Assembly: GCA_048940645.1 (NCBI GenBank)
Contig: JBHLOI010000003.1
Coordinates: 55,498 to 119,497, forward strand
Direction: 5' to 3'
Length of the DNA: 64,000 bases
Source: Promethearchaeota archaeon
GTDB taxonomy: Archaea > Asgardarchaeota > Lokiarchaeia > Sigyniarchaeales > SOKP01
Below are positions 48,339-58,833 of the stretch, piece by piece; position 1 is the first letter of the stretch, and each line of letters opens with the position of its first letter. Both the position numbers and the translations under genes were made by a program. A model generated the notes under the pieces. That model saw nothing but the letters and a program-made list of their open reading frames with translations, had not been told where the DNA came from and did no database searches.

Positions 48339-49294
48339 GAAGTAACGAATATCCTCAAGAAATTTTACAAAGCCTAGAAGATTACAATATTGATATTAAG
48401 GACTTTATACCTGGTCATGGAGGAGGGGCTAAATTACTTTTAAATTTTAATAAAATTACTGGTGTTGATCAAGTAGAAGGGATAATTTTAAAAGGCCGTG
48501 AAATTCCCAACGGAATAGTTGCTGATATTATTATTAAAGAGGGAACTAAGCATGAGGAACCAGTTCATTTATGTTTTGGCGTAAATAAAGAAACGGGAAT
48601 ACAAGAGATTTTTCCTAGAATTATAGCAGAAGATAATACAGATGTAAAAGTACAGGCCCATTGCTCCTTTCCGAAGGCTAATGGACTTATCCATAAGATG
48701 TTTGGTCATTTTTATATTGGGAAAAATTGTAATTTTAATTATAGTGAGACACATTATCATGGTGAAAATTCTGGTGCATTAGTAGCTCCAGTGGGATATA
48801 TGTATATTGGTGAGAATAGTGTTTTTGAAAATAACTTTAATTTAACACAGGGTACACCAGGTAAGGTAAAAATCGTGATAGATATTTATGCAATGCAGAA
48901 TAGCATAATAAGATCGAACATCAAGGCATATGGAAAAAGTGAAAAAGATTCTATCAGAATTAGAGATTCGGTATTTCTGGAGGGTGAAAATTCGCGAAGT
49001 GTCATAAAAATGAAAGCAGCAGCAAGAGATGGAGGTGAAGTTTTGATGTATGGTGTAACCGAGGGAAATGCGCCACACTGCAACGGTCATGTAGAATGTA
49101 GTGAAATAGTTCTGGGCAAAGGTTCTATATGTAGAGCTCGTCCATTTATTAGAGCGATAGATCCAACTTCAAGTGTATCTCATGAAGCCTCTTTAGGAAG
49201 ATTTCCTCAAAAGTGGCTCGATGAGCTAATGGCTAAAGGATTAACTGAAGAGGAAGCCACAGATATATTAATTGAGGCAATGTTAAAAGAATAA
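48335..49294 (+). CDS. SufB/SufD-family (SmsB) Fe-S scaffold
   Basis: VHLCFG, AHCSFP, GHVECSEI, VSHEASLG, LMAKGLTEEEA. Confidence 0.9.
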   Translation: MRSNEYPQEILQSLEDYNIDIKDFIPGHGGGAKLLLNFNKITGVDQVEGIILKGREIPNGIVADIIIKEGTKHEEPVHLCFGVNKETGIQEIFPRIIAEDNTDVKVQAHCSFPKANGLIHKMFGHFYIGKNCNFNYSETHYHGENSGALVAPVGYMYIGENSVFENNFNLTQGTPGKVKIVIDIYAMQNSIIRSNIKAYGKSEKDSIRIRDSVFLEGENSRSVIKMKAAARDGGEVLMYGVTEGNAPHCNGHVECSEIVLGKGSICRARPFIRAIDPTSSVSHEASLGRFPQKWLDELMAKGLTEEEATDILIEAMLKE

Positions 49295-49337
49295 ATTAAT
49301 GAAAATTTAAAATATATGATTAATAAAGTGAGTAGAA

Positions 49338-49856
49338 TTGGAAAAAGTAAAATTAAAAGAGGGAGATAATGCACCATTATTTAGGTTAGAATCTTATAAT
49401 GCTGGAATAATTGATTTAGAAGAATCAATTGGTAAACAAAAAATTGTTTTGATTTTTTCTCGTTATTTTGGATGCCCAATCTGTCAATTAGATCTTAATA
49501 TTTTATTAGAAGATCTAGATAAAATCAAAGCAAAAGGAGCAAAAATCTTGTATATAACTCAATCGGGGGAAAAAGTTGCTAAAGAATATATTGATAAATA
49601 TAAAATAGATTTTCCAGTCATTCCCTCGTCTAAAGATGAATTGTATGCAGAGTATGGTTTAGGGTTAATGACAGAAGGCGCAGTAGCGGAAGTTAGAAGT
49701 AAACTAAAAGAAGCAATGAAATTAGGTATAGAACATGGAGAATATGAGGGATGGGAAAAACAGGGCCCTGGTCAATTTGTTATAGATGAAGAGGGAAAAC
49801 TTATACACGCGAGAAAGGGATGGCTATTAGTTCCCGAGATATTGGAAGTGTTATAA
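49338..49856 (+). CDS. Peroxiredoxin-like AhpC/TSA (PRXL2-type) redoxin
   Basis: GDNAPLF, RYFGCPIC, QGPGQFVID. Confidence 0.85.
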   Translation: MEKVKLKEGDNAPLFRLESYNAGIIDLEESIGKQKIVLIFSRYFGCPICQLDLNILLEDLDKIKAKGAKILYITQSGEKVAKEYIDKYKIDFPVIPSSKDELYAEYGLGLMTEGAVAEVRSKLKEAMKLGIEHGEYEGWEKQGPGQFVIDEEGKLIHARKGWLLVPEILEVL

Positions 49857-49881
49857 TCAAAATTTAAAAATTTAAGAAGTA

Positions 49882-50529
49882 ATGATGAAAGAAAATACAA
49901 AATATCATAATTATAAGTTTGTTGGAAAAATTAATGTTGATGAGATCCAACCATGGTTTGATTTTGCCTCAATCAAGCCATGGGATGAGGGAGAAATACC
50001 TTGGGTTTTAGAAAATAGAGTTAGAAGAGAGATCCTAATAATCTTAGCACATGGAGCAAAATCATTTAATGAACTCTATGATATTATGAATTTTTCTCCA
50101 AAACCTTTACTAATTACTAAGGATGAGTATGATTGTCAGGTGAGTTATCAGTGGACTAGAGAGACATTAGAAAATCATCTGTTAAATTTAGAATGGTATC
50201 ATTTAATACATAAAACTATTGATAAATATAAATTATCTTTTCCTATTTTAAAATTCGAGAATTTAGCTGAAATCGATAATTACATAAATAAGTTCTCACA
50301 AGCATGGATTAAGATCATAAAAGAAACAACAAATGAAATAGAAAAACATATGGCTGAGATTAAAGAAAAGATCCCTTTATATGAAATATTAGTAGAAAAA
50401 GCTGTTGAAAAACTGTATGAACTCCTGAAAAATGAGAAACTCTTACCACAGGAACCAAATATTAAAGTATTGTGGGCTGAGCAACTTAGAAAAGTAAAAT
50501 TTGAAGAATGGGTCGATAAAAATTTCTAA
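49882..50529 (+). CDS. Winged-helix domain hypothetical protein
   Basis: NRVRREILIILAHGAKSFNEL...LENHLLNLE. Confidence 0.7.
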   Translation: MMKENTKYHNYKFVGKINVDEIQPWFDFASIKPWDEGEIPWVLENRVRREILIILAHGAKSFNELYDIMNFSPKPLLITKDEYDCQVSYQWTRETLENHLLNLEWYHLIHKTIDKYKLSFPILKFENLAEIDNYINKFSQAWIKIIKETTNEIEKHMAEIKEKIPLYEILVEKAVEKLYELLKNEKLLPQEPNIKVLWAEQLRKVKFEEWVDKNF

Positions 50530-50613
50530 TGACCATTTTTTTTAGCTTTAATTCTATAATTTAACACTACTAAATTAGCTACTCAAATAGTATACTATTT
50601 TTTTATTTTAAAT

Positions 50614-50634
50614 TATGCAGGTAACACCTGCATA
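50614..50634. promoter_or_regulatory. Perfect 9-bp inverted repeat (candidate operator or hairpin)
   Basis: TATGCAGGT-AAC-ACCTGCATA. Confidence 0.55.
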
Positions 50635-50721
50635 TCACTTAACTTCAAAAGAAGAACTTATATGTTGTTTATATATACGTGGAAAATATCCACATATTTA
50701 TATTAAACACCTTCTTTAAAA

Positions 50722-50994
50722 GTGAGACCTATGATTAGTACAGAGATAGGTGATCCTGACCCAGTTCTCAGCCTTAAAGATTTGTTTTATGATTCAACAA
50801 TTAATAATGAAATACAATCCGAAATTAGAGAATTACAAGAAAAAAGCAGAATTGACAACTTTAAACTACTCGAAGAAATCCAAACTATATTACAAAGATG
50901 CGCACACTTAAATCCAAAACAAAGATTAATGTACTGTGAAAGTCAGAGATATTTCATGAAATTGTTTCTGCGAGAAGTTAACAAACAAAAATAA
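50722..50994 (+). CDS. Small hypothetical protein
   Basis: 90-aa ORF with helical composition. Confidence 0.65.
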   Translation: MRPMISTEIGDPDPVLSLKDLFYDSTINNEIQSEIRELQEKSRIDNFKLLEEIQTILQRCAHLNPKQRLMYCESQRYFMKLFLREVNKQK

Positions 50995-51022
50995 CAGAAT
51001 GATTTCATTTTATTTTTTGATA

Positions 51023-52687
51023 TTATAGGTAATACTTTTTTATTTCTTCAATTACCAAGTTAATTAGCATTTTGTCATTTTTAATTGCATAAAAAGTAAC
51101 CTTATCAAGGAGATTCTTAAATCGACTTTTAGGTATCTTAGCGGAACCTATAAAAAAACCTACAATTTTATGACCTTTTTCTGATAATTCGATTAAAGCT
51201 TTTTTAGCAGCGCCCCAATTATATATTGCAAAATCAGTGATAATAAGAACCAAAACCTTTCTTTCGGCTTTTTTACATTGCTTCAAAACTGCATTAACAG
51301 GTAATTGTGTGCCACCACCTTGATATTTCAATAAAATTTTCTCTGCATCATGATAATTCTTAGTCCATTCACAAATATCTGGTTTATTAGAAAAGTTTAT
51401 TACACTAAATTTTATCCCTCTACTAGCAGCATAATGAAGTGCCGCAAATGAAGCAACTAAAGCAGTATGGTATTGACCCCTCGGATTTTTAGTAGAATAG
51501 TTCCAATTCATAGATCCTGATGAATCAATAACTAATAATAAATCAGGAATCTGTTTCTCAATTAAATATCCTAAACTTTCTTTTTTAGACCACTTTCTAG
51601 TAGTGATATTTGGGATAATTATTGGACTTGTCAACACTGTTTGTACTACATCCAATTCTTCTATTGGTTCGCCAATTCGCCACGGTTCAGGATATACAGG
51701 CATCTTACCCCCTGATTTTTCTTCAAAAATTTTAATTTCAATTAAATTTCTTGCCAAACCTCGATACCATGTCGCTAAAGGATTTTTGTCAATTAATAAC
51801 CCAGCTTGACTAGCTGGCGCTCCAAATTCAGAATAAGGTGTCTCTCTAGCGAATTTCTCTGCTTTTTGTCGTAATTCTTCTTCATCTTTCTCTTTTAGTT
51901 TATCTGAATTTTTATTTTCTAAAGGATTATCCATAATTTCTAAAATATCTTCTGGAAAATCTATTTTTTTTCCTGAACCTTTTAATGTAAAGGTGTTTGA
52001 AATTAAGACTTTCAAGATATTTGCGATTTTTTCAACCTTTTTTTCCCATAAAGTATCATCTTCAAACTTTTTTAAGACAATACCAGCAACGTTTCCAGCT
52101 AAATTAATTATTGAAGAATTAGGATGGCTTTCTAATAATTCTACATCTAAAATATGCTCATAAGTACAAAATAAAAACCAGGTAAATTCACTTAATTGAT
52201 TTTTATAATTAGCTTGAATATGTTGGTATGTCTTTTTTAGCTCCCAATAAATCAATTCGGGGTACTTTTTATATAGTTTTGTATCAATAATTAGATCAGC
52301 AAAAAGATTTACTATGATTGGAGCATAATTTATACTTACATGCTTCATGGCGGCTTTTAATAGTTTTGCATTAATAAATCCATCATATGGGATTATAACG
52401 TAATGTGAGACTTCATGTAGGGAGATAGCATGAAAATAATTTATATGATCTTTACGATCTGCTAAAAGTGGTATATTACACAGGTTCATAGTAATCTGCC
52501 ATTGATGATCTGGATCAATATAAAAACCTTCTTTATGAGTATAATCAAAAACAAAATTAGGTTCATTTAATGGAGGATAATAATACTCTTTCAATGTTTT
52601 ATTCCAAGCTATATGCGCTAATTCAACTAACTCTTTTTCTTTTTGCTTTAACTTTTTTCTTCTGTTTGTTTGGTGCCCGTTTAACAT
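51023..52687 (-). CDS. HExxH metallopeptidase-like domain fused to a vWA domain (MoxR partner)
   Basis: LHEVSH; MIDAS DSSGS, GGGT, ITD. Confidence 0.88.
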   Translation of the reverse strand: MLNGHQTNRRKKLKQKEKELVELAHIAWNKTLKEYYYPPLNEPNFVFDYTHKEGFYIDPDHQWQITMNLCNIPLLADRKDHINYFHAISLHEVSHYVIIPYDGFINAKLLKAAMKHVSINYAPIIVNLFADLIIDTKLYKKYPELIYWELKKTYQHIQANYKNQLSEFTWFLFCTYEHILDVELLESHPNSSIINLAGNVAGIVLKKFEDDTLWEKKVEKIANILKVLISNTFTLKGSGKKIDFPEDILEIMDNPLENKNSDKLKEKDEEELRQKAEKFARETPYSEFGAPASQAGLLIDKNPLATWYRGLARNLIEIKIFEEKSGGKMPVYPEPWRIGEPIEELDVVQTVLTSPIIIPNITTRKWSKKESLGYLIEKQIPDLLLVIDSSGSMNWNYSTKNPRGQYHTALVASFAALHYAASRGIKFSVINFSNKPDICEWTKNYHDAEKILLKYQGGGTQLPVNAVLKQCKKAERKVLVLIITDFAIYNWGAAKKALIELSEKGHKIVGFFIGSAKIPKSRFKNLLDKVTFYAIKNDKMLINLVIEEIKKYYL

Positions 52688-52698
52688 AGAATCTTAAT

Positions 52699-54426
52699 TT
52701 ATTTCTCTTTTTGAATATAAGTTAAATTATCTAATATAGATCTCAACTTTAAAGCTTCACTACCCCCAGATATCTGAATATTTACTAATGAATCCTCATT
52801 TATTCCACTTACATTGATTTCTATTAATAAATCTTCGGTTCTAATTTGTTTAGTTTGTCTTCTAATCAGAGTTTCTTTTATAGGTTTATCTAAATTTGGA
52901 AATTCTGCAGCAATATCTGCCCATACTTCATCTCGATTCACATATTTAAAAACATAATCTGTAACGGTTTGTTTATAAAGTTCTTGGTTACATAAATTTA
53001 TTAAATAAGCTCTATTTGGGAAATTCATATCTTCTGTTAATGTATTCCTTAATTCAGCTAATTCTTTAATATTTCCTCTCTTTGCAGAATTTATTATTTT
53101 TTGAGCTAAAGTTGAATATTTCTTATCATTAACATTATTAACAAAGGGTAGTAAATCAAATTTTACGATTAAATCATTTTTTTTGTAATTTTTTAATGTA
53201 GTTAATTCTTCTTTTTCAGCAATTCCATCCCTAAATTTCTCTGTTATTTGATAACATATTTCACGGTTAATAAACTTCTTTTGAATTAAATTTAAAATTC
53301 CTTTTGAGAATTCATATCTATTTCCCCAGTAAGGTGCTTTATCCAGCTCCCTATTTGAATAGATAACCCTGTGGGAAATTACAAACGGAGCTATAGTATT
53401 TACTATATTAACGTCAATTTTATTTAAATTCATCAGCCACGTTAAAGCTTTAGAGTATCTTAATAGGTCTTTTGCTACTCTAACACTTAGAATTGAATCA
53501 ATTTTATTACAAATATTCTGTGTTGTGTCAAAGTGGCACCCTGAGCATAATCCTTTACTTGGCTTAAGATTTTCTGAGTTTCCTTTATCAATTCGATCAC
53601 AAAGAGTAAATTCTCTTACAATAGCATGGATATAATTATTAACCTCATTTTCAAAGGGTATTTTATTAACAAAATACCAGATTTCCATTAGTTCATCAAT
53701 TGTTAAAACTTTAGGAACTTGAATTAACTCGTCCCACCCACTATATTTTTCATCTTTTCCCTTCAATATTAGCTCTAAATCGGAACTGGTTGGCATTGAT
53801 ATTGGAACGGAAATACCATATCTGTCTAAAAATGGTTGAGATAATTCAAATGTACCAACATCTTGAGGGTTGATGGTAGCATATAGGCAATATTTCTGAA
53901 TAGTAGTAATTTCATCGTAATATTTAATAGTCCCTTCAGCAAGAAGCGAGAGCAAAATATCTTGCGCATATGGTGTTAGTCTATTAACTTCATCAATAAC
54001 TTTCCAAAAATTTGTTATGAAGTGTCGCCAAACAACCACTTCTTCTCCCTCATGCATCAATTTTCCTAATTTCAGAGTACCAACTAATTTTTCTTCCGTA
54101 AGTTGAGGATGTCCTCTAATAATTGAATTTTCTATTTCTTGAAGTGAACTTCCAGTAAACATACGTCCCAGTAATTTACAGATAGTTGTTTTTCCTCCAC
54201 CATGACCTCCGATCAATAGCATTGCTGAATTCGGTACTAATGCATTTAATACACAGAGGGTTAATATTTCAGGTAAAATCTGTGTTTTAACTTTTTCACT
54301 ATCCTCGTTGAAGTATTTGATTTCCAAATTTTTAGAATGAACGAATAATTGATTTGCCTGTATCAAATTGATTATTTTCCATATCTTTTTCCTTAAAAAA
54401 TCCTCTTCTCCTAACTTATTCGACAT
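52699..54426 (-). CDS. MoxR-family AAA+ ATPase
   Basis: GGHGGGKTT, VIDEVNR, ATINP, FLDRY; Cys cluster C..CSGC..C; upstream of the vWA gene. Confidence 0.9.
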   Translation of the reverse strand: MSNKLGEEDFLRKKIWKIINLIQANQLFVHSKNLEIKYFNEDSEKVKTQILPEILTLCVLNALVPNSAMLLIGGHGGGKTTICKLLGRMFTGSSLQEIENSIIRGHPQLTEEKLVGTLKLGKLMHEGEEVVVWRHFITNFWKVIDEVNRLTPYAQDILLSLLAEGTIKYYDEITTIQKYCLYATINPQDVGTFELSQPFLDRYGISVPISMPTSSDLELILKGKDEKYSGWDELIQVPKVLTIDELMEIWYFVNKIPFENEVNNYIHAIVREFTLCDRIDKGNSENLKPSKGLCSGCHFDTTQNICNKIDSILSVRVAKDLLRYSKALTWLMNLNKIDVNIVNTIAPFVISHRVIYSNRELDKAPYWGNRYEFSKGILNLIQKKFINREICYQITEKFRDGIAEKEELTTLKNYKKNDLIVKFDLLPFVNNVNDKKYSTLAQKIINSAKRGNIKELAELRNTLTEDMNFPNRAYLINLCNQELYKQTVTDYVFKYVNRDEVWADIAAEFPNLDKPIKETLIRRQTKQIRTEDLLIEINVSGINEDSLVNIQISGGSEALKLRSILDNLTYIQKEK

Positions 54427-54566
54427 AAACGTTATTTTCTTCGAGTTTTTAATATTATTTTGGAATGGGTTTGAGTATTTAATTCTATTTTATGTATTAT
54501 CTATAAGTAATTATCAAAATACATTAAAAAAGTTATATCATTATAAAAATAAAAAAGAAGATACTT

Positions 54567-54920
54567 TTAAAAATAGCCAATATGTCCTAAATTTTTTCCT
54601 TTTTCGTCTAAAGCATAAGCTAGACCCATAGTTAAAGGTTCTTCTCTTTTATGTTTAGTAGATTTGGCTACCTCTTTTAAAGTTTCTAGTTTTAATATAA
54701 AAATACCATTACATTTTTTACATTTAATATGGATCTTTTTTATTTGTTTGTTCCCTTCCTCATATTCATCCTTTTTAAAAGGTTCTAACAACTTTGGATC
54801 TTCATTATCACAATTTTTTAAAAAGCATTGATCTAATGAAATCTTTTCCATTCCTCTACGTGCAAGGGCAATGTAAACGTATTCTGGTATTTCATTCCTT
54901 AGATCTTCTTTATCATTCAT
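54567..54920 (-). CDS. Small zinc-finger-like hypothetical protein
   Basis: CFLKNC...CKKC. Confidence 0.7.
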   Translation of the reverse strand: MNDKEDLRNEIPEYVYIALARRGMEKISLDQCFLKNCDNEDPKLLEPFKKDEYEEGNKQIKKIHIKCKKCNGIFILKLETLKEVAKSTKHKREEPLTMGLAYALDEKGKNLGHIGYF

Positions 54921-55004
54921 ATTTTATTAAAAAAGTAATAGATAAAAATTTCTTATTATTATATTTTATAGAAAATAATCAAATGAATACTTTTCATTTT
55001 CATT

Positions 55005-55310
55005 ATGCCAGAAAAGGAAGAAATTTCCAAAGATACTTTAGAATATATCTCCAAATTAGCTTTATTAGATTTAAAAGAAGAAGAAAAAGGCAAATTGATT
55101 AAGCAATTGAGTGAGATTCTGGATTATTTTAATAAATTAAAGGATTTAGATACTGAAAATATTAAACCAATGACCCATCCCATTGAAGGTTTAAAAAATG
55201 TGTTTCGAGAAGATATACCTAAAAAATCATTGAGTAATGAAGAAGCATTAAAGAATACTGAACATAAAAAGGATGGTTATTTCAAAGCTCCAAAAATATT
55301 AAAGGGTTAA
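55005..55310 (+). CDS. gatC: Asp-tRNA(Asn)/Glu-tRNA(Gln) amidotransferase subunit C
   Basis: ISKLALL, LDTENIKPM, NVFRED, GYFKAPKI. Confidence 0.95.
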   Translation: MPEKEEISKDTLEYISKLALLDLKEEEKGKLIKQLSEILDYFNKLKDLDTENIKPMTHPIEGLKNVFREDIPKKSLSNEEALKNTEHKKDGYFKAPKILKG

Positions 55311-55328
55311 CATTTTACTCCGTATATT

Positions 55329-56327
55329 TTACTCCTTATAGTGTTTTGTAAGTGTTTTTATTGTTTCCTCCATATCTTTTAAGGCTTTTTTTCTTTCTTT
55401 TGGAGTCATAGTATAAAAATCTTCTTCCAAATTGACGCCAATCTTTTGAGATTCTGCTATAGGCTTGAATTTCTTATAGACTAAAGCATTTATGTAACGT
55501 TCATAATGACTTAATGCTTTATTTAAGTCTGGATTATCTTTAATGGTGTTCCATAATTCTAAGGTTTCCAGCGATCTTATTCCCACATCTAATCGAAACC
55601 AACTAATTGGAAATAGGATTTTTTTCTTTATTCCATACTCAATGATTTTAATATTTTCTTCATCAATATAGAGCTCAGGTAATTCATCCTTAATAAAAAC
55701 TATATTATCACTCATGATATAGAGGTTAGCAGCATTTCTAGAAGTACAAACTATTCCCACAGCGAAACCTTTTGCTAATCGTAATTTATTTATTAAATCC
55801 TCTAAACTTGATCCTTTTAGGTGCACATTATCCTTTTTAGTCCCTTGAAACTCAATCTTTATTTTTCTTACTCCTTCTTCATCCAGAATGTTTGGGAAGA
55901 GTTCTTTTTCTCTAGATGTTTTATGAGCCTCCATTAATTTATTTATAATTTTATAATCTAATTTTAAACTGGGGATAACCGAAACATTTGCATCTAGAAA
56001 GGCATCTACTTCAAAATCAGCAATACCATAAAATATCTTGCTGTTGTTTATTATTTGATAAATTGTTTTGATAATTGCATCATTTAAAGCATCAGGATCT
56101 TCTCGAATCGAATCAAATTCTGTAGTTGTAAACGTATCTATTTGATCTTCCAATCCTTTTTCTTCATAAAAAGCAGCCCATGACATTTCTGTGTAAATTA
56201 AGCCTTCATTATAGAAATTATGGTCACTATCAATACTCACAATTAATTTTGAGCCCCCAATATCCACACCTTTCCTACTTCCGGAAGCTAAAATTGCAGA
56301 GGGAGGATTAAAGAAATCTAATGACAA
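55329..56327 (-). CDS. Hypothetical protein
   Basis: 332-aa ORF with no family recognised. Confidence 0.8.
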   Translation of the reverse strand: MSLDFFNPPSAILASGSRKGVDIGGSKLIVSIDSDHNFYNEGLIYTEMSWAAFYEEKGLEDQIDTFTTTEFDSIREDPDALNDAIIKTIYQIINNSKIFYGIADFEVDAFLDANVSVIPSLKLDYKIINKLMEAHKTSREKELFPNILDEEGVRKIKIEFQGTKKDNVHLKGSSLEDLINKLRLAKGFAVGIVCTSRNAANLYIMSDNIVFIKDELPELYIDEENIKIIEYGIKKKILFPISWFRLDVGIRSLETLELWNTIKDNPDLNKALSHYERYINALVYKKFKPIAESQKIGVNLEEDFYTMTPKERKKALKDMEETIKTLTKHYKE

Positions 56328-56475
56328 ATAAAAGTATCACATTTTATTTTTTTTATTATGATTTGAAAAATTCTAATTATAATAGAATAGAAATCATATA
56401 AAAAATTAGTGTAATAAGAATTGCGATTTTTTAATTTTTAAATTATTTTGATTCAATTCAATTTACTAATCCCCA

Positions 56476-58731
56476 TTACATATTAGGGAGTTTGACCAAA
56501 AAAGTAGAACCTTTATTTCTCCCTTCAGATTCTGCCCAAATCTCCCCACCGTGTAATTTTACAATCTCTTTGGCAATATGAAGCCCTAATCCAGTGCTTT
56601 TTAAAGAAATATTAAGTTCATCATGTAAAGGTGTCTGAATTTTGCTAAATTTCTTGAAAAGTTTGTTCAACTCAACCTTTGTTAAACCAATACCCGTATC
56701 TCTTACTGAAATTTGTGCGTAATTCTCTATACTCTCTAGCTTAATAGAAATTTTTCCACTAGTAGGGGTATATTTTATAGCATTTGTTAATAAATTATTT
56801 AGTACCAATTCTATTCTTGAGTCATCAACATCGATATGTAATGAATTTGGAAGCGCTAAATCGTAGGTTTGATTTCTTGATTTCATTAAGTATTTTACCC
56901 CATTAACACACTTTTTTATTAAATTAGTTAAATCAATATTACTTTTTTCAAGTTTAAACATTTTTGCTTCCAAGCGAGACAAATCTAGAAGAGAATCTAC
57001 AAGTTTTTTTAATTGTTTTGTACCAGAAAGCGCTATTTCAAAAATAGCTGAAGTATCATCATCAAATTTATGTTTATGGAATTGATCTAAAAGCTGGAAA
57101 GCTCCGTAGATAGTCGTAATAGGTATTTTAAGCTCATGTGAAGCTCTATCTATAAACTCTCTTCTCATTTTATTTAGATCTTTTAACTTTTCTTGTGCTT
57201 TTTTTCTTTGATTAATGTCTAAAAAAGAGATTAAAAATGCAGATTTCTTTTGATAGAGTATTTTTTTATAATACACCTCAAACCATGTAACTTCTCCATT
57301 TTTTTTTACTCCCCGCGCTTCATAATACCTTATTCCATTCTTGAATTCGCTATCATTTTTGTTTGCAAGTTCAATTACCTTCTTTTTATCTTTAGGATGT
57401 ATCGTCTTAAAAAATTCTCCTTGTTTCCAGTTTAATATTTCATCAATGGAATAATCTAATAAATCAGCAAGAATATGATTAACATACTTAATAACTTCAT
57501 CTTGGATAATACAAACACCTAATAATGACTGTTCAGCTATAGTTCTAAATTTATCTTCAGATTCTATAAGTTTTTCTTGAGCCTCCTTCAACCCAGTTAT
57601 ATCATGAATAATACTTCGTACGCCAATAACATTTTTATTCTTGAAAATTCGTCTTGCATAAATATTCGCATAAAAGAAACTTCCATCTTTTCTCCTTAAA
57701 CGCACAACTAATGGTTCTATATATTCTCCTTTAACCAAATGATTTAGTTTTTCTAAAACTAATTCTTCATCCTCAGGTGCTAAAAATTGGAAGATTTTTG
57801 GCTTTTTGTTGAATTCTTCAATAGAATAACCGAATTTTTTAGATGCTATTGTATTTGTATAGGTTATATTATAATCTAAATCGATATCAAAAATAACTTG
57901 TGGAAGAGAATTTGCTAAATTTTGGTATTGGTCTTTAAATTCTTGTAACTCCTTAATAACACTTTTTCTTTCTGTTATGTCTCTTCCAATTAAAAGATAT
58001 TTTACTTTTCCACTTTTATCTTCTACAATTTTTCCATTAGTCTCAATCCAAATATATTCTCCATTTTTATTCCATATCCTTGCTTCGACTGAACCTTCTC
58101 CATCTTTATTCGCTGTATTTATTACTTGTGAAACTTTCTTAAGATCCTCAGGATGCACTAAATCAAACCCTTTACGACCTAATAAATCTACTTTGTCATA
58201 TCCCATTATCTTTCGATGAACTTTTTCATTAATATACTCAATCATGAACTCGGAATTAAGTACTATTATTAGATCATTAGCATTTTCTGCGAGGATTCTA
58301 TAATTTTCTTCTGAGTTTTCTAAATCTTGTTCTAATCTCTTTCTTGAGGTAATATCTTGTGTTAAAACTTGAATTAGAAAATTTTCACCAATTTTAATTA
58401 AAGAACTTACAATATTTATCCAAATTACATTTCCGTATTTATTTCTGATTTGAATATCTTTAGGGCCAAATAATTCTCCTTTTTTTAATTTTTTAAAAAT
58501 TTCAATCATATAATCTAAATTTTTTGGAGGAAAGACAGGTAGTTTTGTAAAACTTTTTCCAACCAACTCATTCCTTTTTAGTCCAGAGAGTTCTTCCGTA
58601 GCAGAATTGATTTCAACAATTTCACCTCTCAAATTTAATAAAGTTATTGAAATTGGGCTTGATTCAAAAAAAGGTTTATAGTATTTTAAGGATTTCTTAG
58701 AATCCGTGTAATCAATTCCCTTTAATGACAA
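56476..58731 (-). CDS. Soluble multi-PAS (4x) sensor histidine kinase
   Basis: Four PAS/PAC units ending in DIT/DIN; SHELKIP, NLLTNAIKY, DTGIG, TGLGL, GSTF. Confidence 0.95.
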   Translation of the reverse strand: MSLKGIDYTDSKKSLKYYKPFFESSPISITLLNLRGEIVEINSATEELSGLKRNELVGKSFTKLPVFPPKNLDYMIEIFKKLKKGELFGPKDIQIRNKYGNVIWINIVSSLIKIGENFLIQVLTQDITSRKRLEQDLENSEENYRILAENANDLIIVLNSEFMIEYINEKVHRKIMGYDKVDLLGRKGFDLVHPEDLKKVSQVINTANKDGEGSVEARIWNKNGEYIWIETNGKIVEDKSGKVKYLLIGRDITERKSVIKELQEFKDQYQNLANSLPQVIFDIDLDYNITYTNTIASKKFGYSIEEFNKKPKIFQFLAPEDEELVLEKLNHLVKGEYIEPLVVRLRRKDGSFFYANIYARRIFKNKNVIGVRSIIHDITGLKEAQEKLIESEDKFRTIAEQSLLGVCIIQDEVIKYVNHILADLLDYSIDEILNWKQGEFFKTIHPKDKKKVIELANKNDSEFKNGIRYYEARGVKKNGEVTWFEVYYKKILYQKKSAFLISFLDINQRKKAQEKLKDLNKMRREFIDRASHELKIPITTIYGAFQLLDQFHKHKFDDDTSAIFEIALSGTKQLKKLVDSLLDLSRLEAKMFKLEKSNIDLTNLIKKCVNGVKYLMKSRNQTYDLALPNSLHIDVDDSRIELVLNNLLTNAIKYTPTSGKISIKLESIENYAQISVRDTGIGLTKVELNKLFKKFSKIQTPLHDELNISLKSTGLGLHIAKEIVKLHGGEIWAESEGRNKGSTFLVKLPNM

Positions 58732-58833
58732 ATTTAGAATGTTTTTATTGAATTTAAAGATATAAGTATGGCTCTTTTTTATAATAAGAAAATAATAGCA
58801 TTATAATATTTCTTTTAAATTACAATGTTCGTA

